Of a DNA stretch of 64,000 bases, positions 39,992 through 50,238 are shown piece after piece; position 1 is the stretch's first letter, and each line of letters begins with the position of its first letter. Under the pieces are notes generated by a model. It saw nothing but the letters and a program-made list of their open reading frames with translations, did no database searches and had not been told where the DNA came from. Position numbers and translations under genes: made by a program. Source of the stretch: an uncultured Bacteroidota bacterium (GTDB lineage: Bacteria > Bacteroidota > Bacteroidia > Flavobacteriales > Flavobacteriaceae); NCBI GenBank assembly GCA_902526075.1, contig CABZJM010000001.1:2829-66828 (forward strand), read 5' to 3'.

Positions 39992-40012
39992 TGCAATTAG
40001 TCACTAATTGCA
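39992..40012 (+). promoter_or_regulatory. Perfect 8-bp inverted repeat (tgcaatta-gtcac-taattgca) ending on the first base of the guaB start codon
   Basis: Seen directly. A third direct copy, tgcaattt, lies at 39973-39980. It could be an operator or a leader hairpin. The stem is AT-rich, so it is weak as RNA structure. Confidence 0.25.
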
Positions 40013-41481
40013 TGGAAAATCCTCCCAAAAAAATTATTTCTGAATCGCTAACCTACGATGATGTCCTGCTAGTTCCAGGATATTCTAACATTTTACCCAG
40101 AGATGTCAAAATTAGCTCTAGGTTTTCAAAAAATATCACATTAAATATTCCCATTGTTTCTGCTGCGATGGATACAGTTACTGAAAGTAGAATGGCTATA
40201 GCAATTGCTCAAGAAGGTGGTCTGGGAGTTGTGCATAAGAATATGTCAATAAAACTCCAAGCTGAAAAAATTAGAAGGGTAAAGCGTGCCGAAAGCGGAA
40301 TGATTATCGACCCAATTACACTGCCTCTTGACTCGGTTGTTTCTGACGCAAAAAAAAGTATGAAGGAAAATAAAATTGGAGGTATTCCGATTGTTGACGA
40401 TTCCGGATTTCTAAAGGGAATCGTGACTAACAGAGATTTGAGATTTGAAAAGAAAAATGACAGATTGATAACTGAAATTATGACTAAAGAAAACCTTATT
40501 ACCGTTGGTGAAGGTACGTCTTTAGAGGAAGCTGAGATTATTTTACAGCAAAATAAAATTGAAAAACTTCCAGTTGTAACAAACAAAAATAAGTTAGTTG
40601 GATTAATCACTTTTAGTGATATTACTAAACTAAAGCTTAAGCCAATTGCTAATAAAGATAAATATGGTAGATTGAGGGTCGCTGCTGCAATAGGGGTAAC
40701 TAAAGACTCAGTTGAAAGATCAAAGGCATTAATTAAATCTGGAGTTGATGCAATTGTAATTGACACTGCTCATGGACACACTGAAAGGGTCGTTTCGTTA
40801 TTAAAGGAACTAAAGGAGTTAAACAACGAAGTTGACATAGTTGTTGGTAACATTGCTACTGCTGAGGCAGCAAAGTTTTTATTAAAAGCTGGAGCAGATG
40901 GAATCAAAGTTGGAATTGGGCCAGGTTCCATTTGCACGACAAGGGTTGTTGCAGGAGTTGGAGTACCACAATTTTCAGCAATCCTTGAAGTTTCTAAAAG
41001 TGTCAAAAATAAAGTCCCGATTATTGCAGATGGAGGAGTTAAATACACTGGAGATATTGCAAAAGCAATTGCTGCAGGTGCATCATGTGTTATGTTAGGA
41101 TCAATGTTAGCAGGAACCAAAGAATCTCCGGGCGAAACAATTATTTTTGAAGGAAGGAAATTTAAGTCTTACAGAGGTATGGGTTCATTAGAGGCAATGA
41201 ACAAGGGTAGTAAAGATCGATACTTTCAAGATGTGGAAAATGATATTAAAAAATTAGTTCCTGAAGGCATAGTTGGTAGAGTTCCATACAAAGGTGATCT
41301 TGTTGAAAGTATACATCAATTTGTAGGGGGGTTGAGAGCTGGTATGGGATATTGTGGAGCTAAGGACATAGACACACTACAAAAAAAATCAAAGTTTGTA
41401 AAAATTACAACATCAGGAATTATTGAAAGTCATCCTCACGGAGTAAATATTACTAAAGAAGCACCAAATTACTCTAGATAA
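40012..41481 (+). CDS. guaB: IMP dehydrogenase
   Basis: LTYDDVLLVPGYS, tandem CBS insert, catalytic GIGPGSICTTR, GGLRAGMGYCG. I start at ATG 40012 rather than TTG 39979. Confidence 0.95.
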   Translation: MENPPKKIISESLTYDDVLLVPGYSNILPRDVKISSRFSKNITLNIPIVSAAMDTVTESRMAIAIAQEGGLGVVHKNMSIKLQAEKIRRVKRAESGMIIDPITLPLDSVVSDAKKSMKENKIGGIPIVDDSGFLKGIVTNRDLRFEKKNDRLITEIMTKENLITVGEGTSLEEAEIILQQNKIEKLPVVTNKNKLVGLITFSDITKLKLKPIANKDKYGRLRVAAAIGVTKDSVERSKALIKSGVDAIVIDTAHGHTERVVSLLKELKELNNEVDIVVGNIATAEAAKFLLKAGADGIKVGIGPGSICTTRVVAGVGVPQFSAILEVSKSVKNKVPIIADGGVKYTGDIAKAIAAGASCVMLGSMLAGTKESPGETIIFEGRKFKSYRGMGSLEAMNKGSKDRYFQDVENDIKKLVPEGIVGRVPYKGDLVESIHQFVGGLRAGMGYCGAKDIDTLQKKSKFVKITTSGIIESHPHGVNITKEAPNYSR

Positions 41482-41534
41482 TTAGAAATTATTTATTAGA
41501 TATTTTTATTTTTGTCCATCTAAACGACAATTAA

Positions 41535-43166
41535 ATGAATAGATTTTTTATTATCCTTTTTCTTCTCAGTAATTATTCATTTGCACAGCTTGAAAATAAT
41601 GTACTATTTAAGGTAAATGACAGTTTGGTCTACGTAGATGAATTCAATAGAGTTTACAATAAAAATATTGATTTAATTGATGAAAATAATCAAAAAGACT
41701 TTGAATCTTATCTTGATTTATTTATCAATTATAAGCTAAAATTGGCTGAGGCTTATGATTTAGGTTTACAAAATGATCCAAAATATAAAAGTGAACTAAA
41801 TAAATACGTAAAACAATTACAAACCACTTATTTAACCGACAGGAAAACGGAGGATAGGTTTTTAAAAGAGGCATACGAAAGAACAAAATCTGAAGTTAAC
41901 GTTTCTCATATTTTAATAAGAATTGACGAGAATGATAATGATACAATTAAAATATATAATAAATTAAATGCTTTGAGGGATAAATTCTCAAATTTATCGG
42001 TCAATGATTTTAAGAATAAATTTCAGGATGATCAAGATCTAATTGTTGAGAATTTGGGATATTTCTCAGTCTTTAAAATGATATACGAGTTTGAAAATAT
42101 GGCTTACAATAGCTCAGTTGGGGAGGTTTCAATACCATTCAGAACAAGATTTGGTTTTCATATATTAAAAGTAAATGATAAAAGACTTTCATTAGGTGAA
42201 GTATCGGTTGGTCATATTATGACTTACAAAAACAAACCAAATGCTTTCGAGAGAATTACAAATATTTCAGATTCTTTGAATAATGGGGTTAGTTTTGAGT
42301 ATTTGGCAAAAAAATATTCTGATGATAAAAATTCATCCTTCAAAGGAGGTAGGTTAAATCCATTTTCTAGTGGGCAAATTAATTCAATACCATTTGAAAA
42401 TGCTGCATTTGAGTTAGATAAAAAAAATAACATTTCAAAACCAATAGAAACAAAGTATGGTTGGCATATCATAAAATTTTATTCTAAAAAAAATGTAAAA
42501 AAGTTTGATGAGATAAAATATGAGTTGTTAAATAAGTTGAAAAAAAGTTCAAGATTTAGCATAGTTTCTGATTCGTTTTATGATTTTTTGATGAATAGAT
42601 ATGGTTTAAGCTACCAAAATAATAACCTAGATTATTTTATTTCAATATTAAATCCAAGTTATTTTAAAGGAGAATGGAGTGTTCCTGAATTAATAAATGA
42701 AGAAGAAATATTAATTAAAATCTCAGACAGGCATTTAAAATTCATAGATTTTGCTACATTTCTAGAAGATAACCAAAGAAAAAGTACTGCAATTCCTTAC
42801 CAAAAATTGATTTTTGATCAGTATAAAAGTTTTGTACAATATAATGCATTAGAAGTTTACAAACGTAATCTAGAAAGTGAGAACTCAGATTACAAATATG
42901 TTACAAAGGAATACAGAGAAGGCTTACTTATATTTAATCTTATGCAAGATAAAATTTGGACACTTAGAGATTCAGACTCGACTAAATTGAAAATGTTTTT
43001 TGATGATAACAAAAATAAGTACTCATCATTTGAAAATGACAGAGGAAAAGTTATTAGTGATTTTCAGCAATTTCAGGAGGAATTTTGGATAAAATCCTTA
43101 AAATCTAAACATAAATTGACTTTGAATAAAAGAACTATAAAACGTTTAAAAAAAGACTATGATTAA
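41535..43166 (+). CDS. Periplasmic peptidyl-prolyl isomerase with two parvulin domains (SurA/PpiD-like)
   Basis: Signal peptide. The parvulin cores are VSHILIRI...FGFHILKVNDKR and VGHIMTY...YGWHIIKFYSKK. Confidence 0.7.
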   Translation: MNRFFIILFLLSNYSFAQLENNVLFKVNDSLVYVDEFNRVYNKNIDLIDENNQKDFESYLDLFINYKLKLAEAYDLGLQNDPKYKSELNKYVKQLQTTYLTDRKTEDRFLKEAYERTKSEVNVSHILIRIDENDNDTIKIYNKLNALRDKFSNLSVNDFKNKFQDDQDLIVENLGYFSVFKMIYEFENMAYNSSVGEVSIPFRTRFGFHILKVNDKRLSLGEVSVGHIMTYKNKPNAFERITNISDSLNNGVSFEYLAKKYSDDKNSSFKGGRLNPFSSGQINSIPFENAAFELDKKNNISKPIETKYGWHIIKFYSKKNVKKFDEIKYELLNKLKKSSRFSIVSDSFYDFLMNRYGLSYQNNNLDYFISILNPSYFKGEWSVPELINEEEILIKISDRHLKFIDFATFLEDNQRKSTAIPYQKLIFDQYKSFVQYNALEVYKRNLESENSDYKYVTKEYREGLLIFNLMQDKIWTLRDSDSTKLKMFFDDNKNKYSSFENDRGKVISDFQQFQEEFWIKSLKSKHKLTLNKRTIKRLKKDYD

Positions 43167-44005
43167 TGTTTTATAAATTATTTTTTTTGTCGGTTTTTTT
43201 ATTTTTTTCCAGCTGTCGTTTTGTTTCGGATGACAATTCAAAAAATATTGCGAGATATGGAGAATCATTTTTAACAAAAGAAGAGTTTTTATCCTTAACT
43301 GAAGGAGTAAAAATAAACGAATCTATTTCAATGATAAATTCGATTATTAACAATTGGGCAATCGAAAAAATATTAATTGAAAGAGCAGAACTAAATTTAA
43401 ACGAAGCAAAAATTCAAAAAATTCAGTCATTAGCTGATGATTATAAATCTAGTTTGCTCTCTGAAGCATACCTTGAAGCTCTGGTCAACTCGGCAATTAA
43501 TTTAGAAGTTGATTCACTTGAAATAATAAATCTTTTCGAAAACAATAAAAGTTTATTTAATTTGAATCAAGACATTTTTAAACTTGTATATATTGAGCTT
43601 CCATTAGATTTTTCTGATACTTATGAAGTAAGGTCAAAAATAAAAAGATTCAAAAGAGATGATCAAATTTTTTTAGATTCAATTTCTTTTAGATTTAAAA
43701 GTTTCTCATTGACAACTGATGACTGGATTTCACAAAATATACTAATGCAAAAATTCCCGTTTTTAACGAATTATTCATACCGCAGCTTAAAAAATTATAA
43801 TTTTTTTCAATTCAAAGATTCTTTAAGTTTATATTTGATTAAGATTAATGAATCTGTAAAAAAAGGTGATATTTCACCAATTGATTATGTTATGCCAACG
43901 TTGGAGTACATGTCATTGAACAGTAGAAAAAAGGAGCTAATGCTCAGCATTAAAACTGATATTTTGAAAGATGCTCTTGAAAAGAACAAATTAGAAATAT
44001 ACTAG
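43166..44005 (+). CDS. Lipoprotein, SurA-N-like chaperone domain without a recognisable parvulin core
   Basis: Lipobox FFSSC. Helical N-terminal region similar in style to the flanking SurA-like genes. The start overlaps the upstream stop (TAATG). Confidence 0.4.
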   Translation: MFYKLFFLSVFLFFSSCRFVSDDNSKNIARYGESFLTKEEFLSLTEGVKINESISMINSIINNWAIEKILIERAELNLNEAKIQKIQSLADDYKSSLLSEAYLEALVNSAINLEVDSLEIINLFENNKSLFNLNQDIFKLVYIELPLDFSDTYEVRSKIKRFKRDDQIFLDSISFRFKSFSLTTDDWISQNILMQKFPFLTNYSYRSLKNYNFFQFKDSLSLYLIKINESVKKGDISPIDYVMPTLEYMSLNSRKKELMLSIKTDILKDALEKNKLEIY

Positions 44006-44006
44006 A

Positions 44007-45353
44007 ATGAAAAATTACTTAATATTATTATTGTTTTCATACGTATCAATCATTTTTTCACAAGAAAGACAAAAGATTGATGGTGTTGCAGCAGTAATTG
44101 GAGATTTTGTAGTATTGGAATCAGATATAGATAAACAATTTACTCAACTTAAGGTTTCAGGTGTTTCAATGGAAAATATTTCTAAATGTCAGGTTTTTGG
44201 CAAATTACTTGAAGATAAATTATATCAGCATCATGCGATTCAAGACAGTATCGACGTTAATAATGCTGAGATTCAATCATACGTTGATCAGCAAGTCAAT
44301 GCATTTGCTGAGCAAATAGGTTCAATGGATAAGCTCTTGGAATATTATAAAAAAGATTCTGAGCAAGACTTAAGGTCAGAAATGTTTGAACTTAATAAGA
44401 ATGCTGAGTTGGCTAAAAAAATGCAACAGGCTATAATTGAAGAAATCGAGATTACACCCGAGGAGGTAAGGCAATTTTTTAATTCTATTCCCAAAGATGA
44501 TAGACCAGTCTTCGGTACAGAGTTGAGAGTGTCGCAAATTGTTTTATATCCAAAAACTACCCAAGTGGAAAAACAAAAGGTGATTAATAGACTAAAGGAA
44601 TTTAAAGCAGATGTGATTGATAATGGTGCAAGCTTTGTTTCTAAAGCGGTTTTGTACAGTGAAGATCCAGGATCAAGAACAAGAGGAGGTAAATATTCGA
44701 TTAATAGAAAAAACTCTCCAATGATTAAAAAATTTAATGAAGTTGCTTTTTCGCTAACTGAAGGTGAGATATCTGATCCATTTGAAACCGAGTATGGGTT
44801 CTTTATAATTTACCTTGAAAAAATTAGAGGCCAAGAATATGATATTCGAACAATTCTTTTGAGACCTAAGATTAATAACAAAGAAATTGAAGATACTAGA
44901 AAAAAACTGGTTAAAATAAGAGAAAGAATAGTTAATGAAGAAATTTCTTTCGCGGATGCAGCTATAGAAGTGAGTGATGAAATAGAGACAAGAAATGATG
45001 GTGGGCTTTTGATTAATCCTGAAACACAAGATTATAAATTCGAATTAACAAAAATGGATCCTGAGCTTTATTCCCAAATTGCAAATTTAAAAGAAGGTCA
45101 GGTTAGCATAGTTTTTCAGGATGAAGATAGGTTTAATCCAATTAAATTCAAGATTTTAGCTGTTTCTGATAGATACGATGAACATGTAGCAGATTTTTCA
45201 AAAGATTACCTAAAAATTCAAAAATTAGCACTTCAAAATAAGCAGTTGAAAGAGATTGAAAAATGGCAAAATGATAAAATATTTGACACCTATATTAATA
45301 TTAATAATGATTTTCGTGATTGCGAATTCTTCAGTAATTGGTTGAAAAATTAA
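44007..45353 (+). CDS. SurA-like periplasmic chaperone / peptidyl-prolyl isomerase
   Basis: SurA_N-like IDGVAAVIGDFVVLESDIDKQ and parvulin core LRVSQIVL...GGKYS...FETEYGFFIIYLEKIRG. Confidence 0.75.
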   Translation: MKNYLILLLFSYVSIIFSQERQKIDGVAAVIGDFVVLESDIDKQFTQLKVSGVSMENISKCQVFGKLLEDKLYQHHAIQDSIDVNNAEIQSYVDQQVNAFAEQIGSMDKLLEYYKKDSEQDLRSEMFELNKNAELAKKMQQAIIEEIEITPEEVRQFFNSIPKDDRPVFGTELRVSQIVLYPKTTQVEKQKVINRLKEFKADVIDNGASFVSKAVLYSEDPGSRTRGGKYSINRKNSPMIKKFNEVAFSLTEGEISDPFETEYGFFIIYLEKIRGQEYDIRTILLRPKINNKEIEDTRKKLVKIRERIVNEEISFADAAIEVSDEIETRNDGGLLINPETQDYKFELTKMDPELYSQIANLKEGQVSIVFQDEDRFNPIKFKILAVSDRYDEHVADFSKDYLKIQKLALQNKQLKEIEKWQNDKIFDTYININNDFRDCEFFSNWLKN

Positions 45354-45464
45354 CTATTTTATAAAAATTTCATTTTAAATGTTTCATTATATTAATATTA
45401 AGTGATTAATTTTTTTAGTTATTTCTAATGATTATTTTTGTCTGAACTATCAATTAAATAAAAA

Positions 45465-47723
45465 ATGGCCTTTGATTTTGACATGATCAAAAAAATCTAT
45501 TCAGACATCGTTAAAAATGTTGATGAAGCTAAAAAGATCGTTGATAAACCATTTACTTTAGCTGAAAAGATTCTTTATTCACATTTGTGGGGAAATATTA
45601 GTAAAAACTACACAAGAGGAAAAGATTACGTAGATTTCAAGCCCGATAGAATTGCATGTCAGGATGCAACTGCCCAAATGGCACTCTTACAATTCATGCA
45701 AGCTGGCAAAGCCAAAGTTGCTGTGCCAACCACAGTGCATTGTGACCATTTGATTCAAGCAAAAATGGGAGCAAAAAAAGATCTCCTGCGTGCTAATAAA
45801 GTCAGTAATGAAGTTTTTGATTTTTTAAGAGATGTTTCAAATAAATATGGAATTGGTTTTTGGAAACCAGGTGCAGGAATCATTCATCAAGTAGTACTAG
45901 AAAATTATGCTTTTCCAGGTGGCATGATGATTGGTACAGATTCACACACGGTAAATGCAGGAGGACTTGGGATGATAGCAATTGGGGTTGGTGGTGCAGA
46001 TGCAGTAGATGTCATGGCTGGGATGCCTTGGGAACTTAAATTTCCCAATATTATCGGAGTAAAGTTAACCGGTAAACTAAATGGTTGGACTTCTGCTAAA
46101 GATGTTATTTTAAAAGTCGCTGGAATACTTACTGTAAAAGGGGGTACTGGCTCAATAATAGAATATTTTGGTCCTGGAGCAAAAGCTCTCTCTTGTACGG
46201 GAAAGGGAACCATATGTAATATGGGTGCTGAGGTTGGAGCAACAACATCGACTTTTGGTTACGATGAATCAATGGAAAGATATTTGAAAGCAACAGGCCG
46301 TGAGAATATTGCTCTGGAAGCTAATAAAATCAAAGATTATTTAACCGCTGACCCAGAGGTATATATTTCACCTGAAAAGTATTTTGATCAATTAATTGAA
46401 ATTAATCTTTCAGAGCTAAAACCGCATCTAAATGGGCCTTTCACACCTGATTTGGCAACTCCAGTTTCAGAGATAGGAGATAAGGCAAAAGAAAATGATT
46501 GGCCTTTAAAAGTAGATTGGGGTCTTATTGGATCATGTACAAACTCTTCATATGAGGATTTAACAAGGGCAGCGTCGATTGCAAAACAGGCTGTTGAAAA
46601 GAACCTAACTACAAAATCTGATTTTGGAATTAATCCTGGATCCGAACAGGTTAGATATACCGCTGAAAGAGATGGAATACTTAAAATATTTGAAGAACTT
46701 AATGCCACTATTTTTACCAATGCTTGTGGACCATGTATTGGTCAATGGGATAGGAGTGATTTAAAAGGTCAAGAAAAAAATACAATTGTTCATTCTTTTA
46801 ACAGAAATTTTTCTAAAAGAGCTGATGGAAACCCCAACACTCATGCTTTTGTTGGGTCTCCAGAAATAGTTGCCGCAATAGCAATAGCAGGTAGATTAGA
46901 TTTTGACCCAGTAAAAGATACTCTAATAAATGAAAATGGTCAGGAAGTAATGCTTGACCCACCTGTTGGTGTTGAGCTTCCATCAGATGGTTTTGATTGT
47001 GAGGATTCAGGTTATATTAAACCTAAAAAAGACGGCTCTGATGTAAATGTTTTAGTTAATCCTAAATCTGATAGACTACAATTGCTAGAGCCTTTTACGC
47101 CTATCGGAAGAGAGATTAATGATGCTAGATTACTAATTAAGGCTCATGGTAAATGTACAACTGATCATATTTCAATGGCCGGTCCTTGGTTAAGATATCG
47201 TGGCCACTTAGATAATATTTCTAATAATTGCTTAATTGGTGCGGTAAATAGTTTTAACATGAAAACTAATTTTGTAAAAAATCAATTAACAGGTGAATAT
47301 GGTGGTGTCCCCGATACCCAGAGGCAATACAAAGATAATAATATAAAAACGATAGTAGTAGGTGACCATAACTATGGTGAAGGTTCATCTAGAGAACATG
47401 CCGCAATGGAACCTAGACATTTAGGTGTATGTGCAGTTATAGTAAAATCTTTTGCTAGAATTCATGAAACTAATTTGAAAAAACAAGGAATGCTAGCTTT
47501 GACTTTTCAAAACGAATCTGATTATGACATAATCCAGGAGGATGATTTGATAAGCTTTATCAATTTAGACGAATTTTCACCTGGCAAACAAATAATTATC
47601 GAGTTAATGCATTCAAATGGAACTAGAAACCTGATAAATTTAAACCACTCATATAATCAATCTCAAATTGATTGGTACGATGAAGGTTCTGCCCTAAATT
47701 TAATTAAAAAGGAAAATCTATAA
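45465..47723 (+). CDS. acnA: Aconitate hydratase (mitochondrial-type aconitase family)
   Basis: 752 aa. [50 protein letters not shown] and GSSREHAA motifs. Confidence 0.93.
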   Translation: MAFDFDMIKKIYSDIVKNVDEAKKIVDKPFTLAEKILYSHLWGNISKNYTRGKDYVDFKPDRIACQDATAQMALLQFMQAGKAKVAVPTTVHCDHLIQAKMGAKKDLLRANKVSNEVFDFLRDVSNKYGIGFWKPGAGIIHQVVLENYAFPGGMMIGTDSHTVNAGGLGMIAIGVGGADAVDVMAGMPWELKFPNIIGVKLTGKLNGWTSAKDVILKVAGILTVKGGTGSIIEYFGPGAKALSCTGKGTICNMGAEVGATTSTFGYDESMERYLKATGRENIALEANKIKDYLTADPEVYISPEKYFDQLIEINLSELKPHLNGPFTPDLATPVSEIGDKAKENDWPLKVDWGLIGSCTNSSYEDLTRAASIAKQAVEKNLTTKSDFGINPGSEQVRYTAERDGILKIFEELNATIFTNACGPCIGQWDRSDLKGQEKNTIVHSFNRNFSKRADGNPNTHAFVGSPEIVAAIAIAGRLDFDPVKDTLINENGQEVMLDPPVGVELPSDGFDCEDSGYIKPKKDGSDVNVLVNPKSDRLQLLEPFTPIGREINDARLLIKAHGKCTTDHISMAGPWLRYRGHLDNISNNCLIGAVNSFNMKTNFVKNQLTGEYGGVPDTQRQYKDNNIKTIVVGDHNYGEGSSREHAAMEPRHLGVCAVIVKSFARIHETNLKKQGMLALTFQNESDYDIIQEDDLISFINLDEFSPGKQIIIELMHSNGTRNLINLNHSYNQSQIDWYDEGSALNLIKKENL

Positions 47724-48878
47724 AGCCCTTTTGAATAAACTTTGGATAAAAACTTTGATAAAATAAATTGATCTCATTGAAATAATGATTTTAAAGATAT
47801 CCAACGGAGTGCTTTCCTCATTCAAGAAACGTAATATTTTTTTTGTAGAATTTCTTTTTATCATTCTGTAAAAAATGGCTTCACCTCTATAATTATATTT
47901 AGAAAGTACTCCTAAGAGTATATTATCCAAAAAGAAATACCTTTTTTTTGGAACTATTTTAAAATCTCTAGCTTTTTTTATATTTTCTAGAATCTGGATA
48001 GAGTTTTTTTCACAATTCTTGAATGAATAACCTGTTGATGGCTTCACCCAACCACCTGCTGTACCAATTTTAGTAATATTTTTCGTTGAGTCTTTGTGAA
48101 AAGGGTAAGTTGTCATTGGAATTACTCCCAATTCTGATTTTAGTATTTCAAAATTCGAGATATTGTAATATTTTTTCAAATATTTTTTTATGTAAATCTC
48201 ATAAAGCTCTTGATTACACTCATCTTTTGAAAAATAAGTATGCTCGATCAGGGCCTCATTTTTTTTGAAAGGAAGAACATATGTAAATGCTGTACTGTTT
48301 TTATCTCTAATTCTATAGTCCATAAAAACAAATGATTTTTTATTAAATTTTTTCTTATTTGTTTTCACAACCCATCCAACAAAATGTTGCTTTAAAGATG
48401 TATGGTTTTTTATTTTTTTAAACGTACTGCTATTTAATCTTGAGTCAAAAATATGTTTAGCATAGTAGTTTCTTTTATTTCCGACCGCAACAACTTCATT
48501 ATTTTCCTGCCTAATTTTTAAGACTGTGTCAACGATAAACTTGAACTTTTTATTCTTCTTTATTTTCTTCTTTACGTGTTCTTTGAATTTTAATGAGCTT
48601 AAAGTTTTATAGTTATAATCTGAAAAATCCATTTTAACTTTTCCTTTACTTGAGAAAAAATCTCCTTTATCCCATTTATTTTTTAATATTGTATCCCAAT
48701 TTCCAGTACCTGCTTCCCAATATGAAAAATAATTATCATGTTTTCTTGGTTTTTCTTTGTCAATAATCAAAATTGAATAATTATTAAAGTATTTATCGTT
48801 ATTGAAACAATAAGATAAGTGAAGTCCTGATAGCCCCCCACCAACAATTATATAATCGAACTTTGAGCTGGCTTTCAT
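47718..48878 (-). CDS. crtY: Lycopene beta-cyclase
   Basis: 386 aa. FAD fold [27 protein letters not shown], and position in the crt cluster. Confidence 0.75.
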   Translation of the reverse strand: MKASSKFDYIIVGGGLSGLHLSYCFNNDKYFNNYSILIIDKEKPRKHDNYFSYWEAGTGNWDTILKNKWDKGDFFSSKGKVKMDFSDYNYKTLSSLKFKEHVKKKIKKNKKFKFIVDTVLKIRQENNEVVAVGNKRNYYAKHIFDSRLNSSTFKKIKNHTSLKQHFVGWVVKTNKKKFNKKSFVFMDYRIRDKNSTAFTYVLPFKKNEALIEHTYFSKDECNQELYEIYIKKYLKKYYNISNFEILKSELGVIPMTTYPFHKDSTKNITKIGTAGGWVKPSTGYSFKNCEKNSIQILENIKKARDFKIVPKKRYFFLDNILLGVLSKYNYRGEAIFYRMIKRNSTKKILRFLNEESTPLDIFKIIISMRSIYFIKVFIQSLFKRAL

Positions 48879-48899
48879 TCAGTAATAATATTATTAGAA

Positions 48900-49355
48900 C
48901 TATTTTTCTTTGAAATACTTTAGGGGGGGAAATAGCATTCCGAAACTCTCTCCACCCCCTTTTTTTAAGTTTGCATGATGCATTTTATGTGCTTTTCTTA
49001 CTCCTTTTGCGTACCAATTATTCGTTTTTCTTAGAAATTTAAAACGTTGGTGAATAAAAACATCGTGAACCATGAAATAAGTGAAGCCATATGCCATGAT
49101 TCCAAAGCCAATCGCAAATCCAAATTTAAAACCTAATTCGACCTGAGAATAAAAGAATAGCATGCTAACTACTGCATAAAAAACAAAAAACAGATCGTTT
49201 CTTTCCCACCAGGACGTTTTTAAATTTTGATTGTGATGATCCTTGTGAAGTGACCACAAAAAGCCATGCATTATAAATTTATGAGAGAACCATGCCATGA
49301 ATTCCATAAAAATGAATGTTGATATAAAAATTATAGCTATTTTGACTATTTCCAT
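48900..49355 (-). CDS. crtZ: Beta-carotene hydroxylase
   Basis: 151 aa. His boxes HKFIMH, HKDHH, HDVFIHQRF and HKMHH. Confidence 0.85.
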   Translation of the reverse strand: MEIVKIAIIFISTFIFMEFMAWFSHKFIMHGFLWSLHKDHHNQNLKTSWWERNDLFFVFYAVVSMLFFYSQVELGFKFGFAIGFGIMAYGFTYFMVHDVFIHQRFKFLRKTNNWYAKGVRKAHKMHHANLKKGGGESFGMLFPPLKYFKEK

Positions 49356-50195
49356 TTAAAGTAGATTTAATTGATATTTTACGTAACTTCTGGTTAAAAG
49401 TTCAATTTTCTTTAAGTTAGGCACCCTAATTCTTCTGTTAATAATTTCTTTTGCAGGAGTCTTTTTTAGTTTTTTAAGTAATTGATTGTAGTATCTATAT
49501 GCCATAAAAACACCAAATTTTGCATCAAGAGGTAATTCTTTAATTCCTTCTAATCCGATTATAAAATCATCTTCGATATCATTGATGATTTCATTTTTTT
49601 CAGATTCACTTAGTCTTTCAAATTTTGTATTAGGAAAATAAGTTCTATTGAGATCTTCTCTGTCAGCTTTTAAATCCCGAAGAAAATTTACTTTTTGGAA
49701 AGCTGATCCAAGTTTCATGGCGCTGTTTTTTAGCTTAATGTAGAGCATATTATTTCCTTGAACAAAAACTTTTAAGCACATCAGTCCAACAACATCTGCA
49801 GAACCGTAAATATATTCTTTATATTCTTCGACTGTGTTATATTTCTTTTTTGTTAAGTCCATTCTCATACTTTTCATAAAGGCATCTACCAAGCCTTTAT
49901 CAATTTTGTATTTATGAAAAGTATGCTGAAATGAGTTAAGAATCGGATTTAAATGAATCTTATTTCTAATTGCTTTTTCTAAATCAATTGCAAAATCATT
50001 AAATAATTCTGATTTGTTGTAATCGTGGAATGAATCAACAATTTCATCAGCAAATCTTACAAAACCATAAATATTATAAATATCTTTTCTAATATTTTTA
50101 GAAAGAAGTCTTGTGGCAAGAGAAAAAGAAGTGCTGTAGGTTTTTGTAACCTTTTCACTGCAACTGTAGGAAACTTCATCAAAATTACTTTTCAT
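49356..50195 (-). CDS. crtB: Phytoene synthase
   Basis: 279 aa. YSTSFSLATRLL, IYGFVRFADEIVD, SADVVGLM, NFLRDLKADRED. Confidence 0.88.
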   Translation of the reverse strand: MKSNFDEVSYSCSEKVTKTYSTSFSLATRLLSKNIRKDIYNIYGFVRFADEIVDSFHDYNKSELFNDFAIDLEKAIRNKIHLNPILNSFQHTFHKYKIDKGLVDAFMKSMRMDLTKKKYNTVEEYKEYIYGSADVVGLMCLKVFVQGNNMLYIKLKNSAMKLGSAFQKVNFLRDLKADREDLNRTYFPNTKFERLSESEKNEIINDIEDDFIIGLEGIKELPLDAKFGVFMAYRYYNQLLKKLKKTPAKEIINRRIRVPNLKKIELLTRSYVKYQLNLL

Positions 50196-50238
50196 AAAAT
50201 AAATTTTTTACAATTTAATAATAAATTAGAAAATATGT

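Noticed and set aside
40209-41120. Long antisense ORFs inside guaB (185 aa and 116 aa). Similar antisense or alternate-frame ORFs occur inside sucC (4045-4380), acnA (45905-46213, 46388-46720), pyrD (36152-36478), secA and hemL (62476-62847).
   Set aside because: Their products are low-complexity (Ser/Ile/Pro/Thr/Leu-rich) with no motifs. They lie opposite the most conserved, codon-biased genes. Open antisense frames there are an expected by-product of codon usage.
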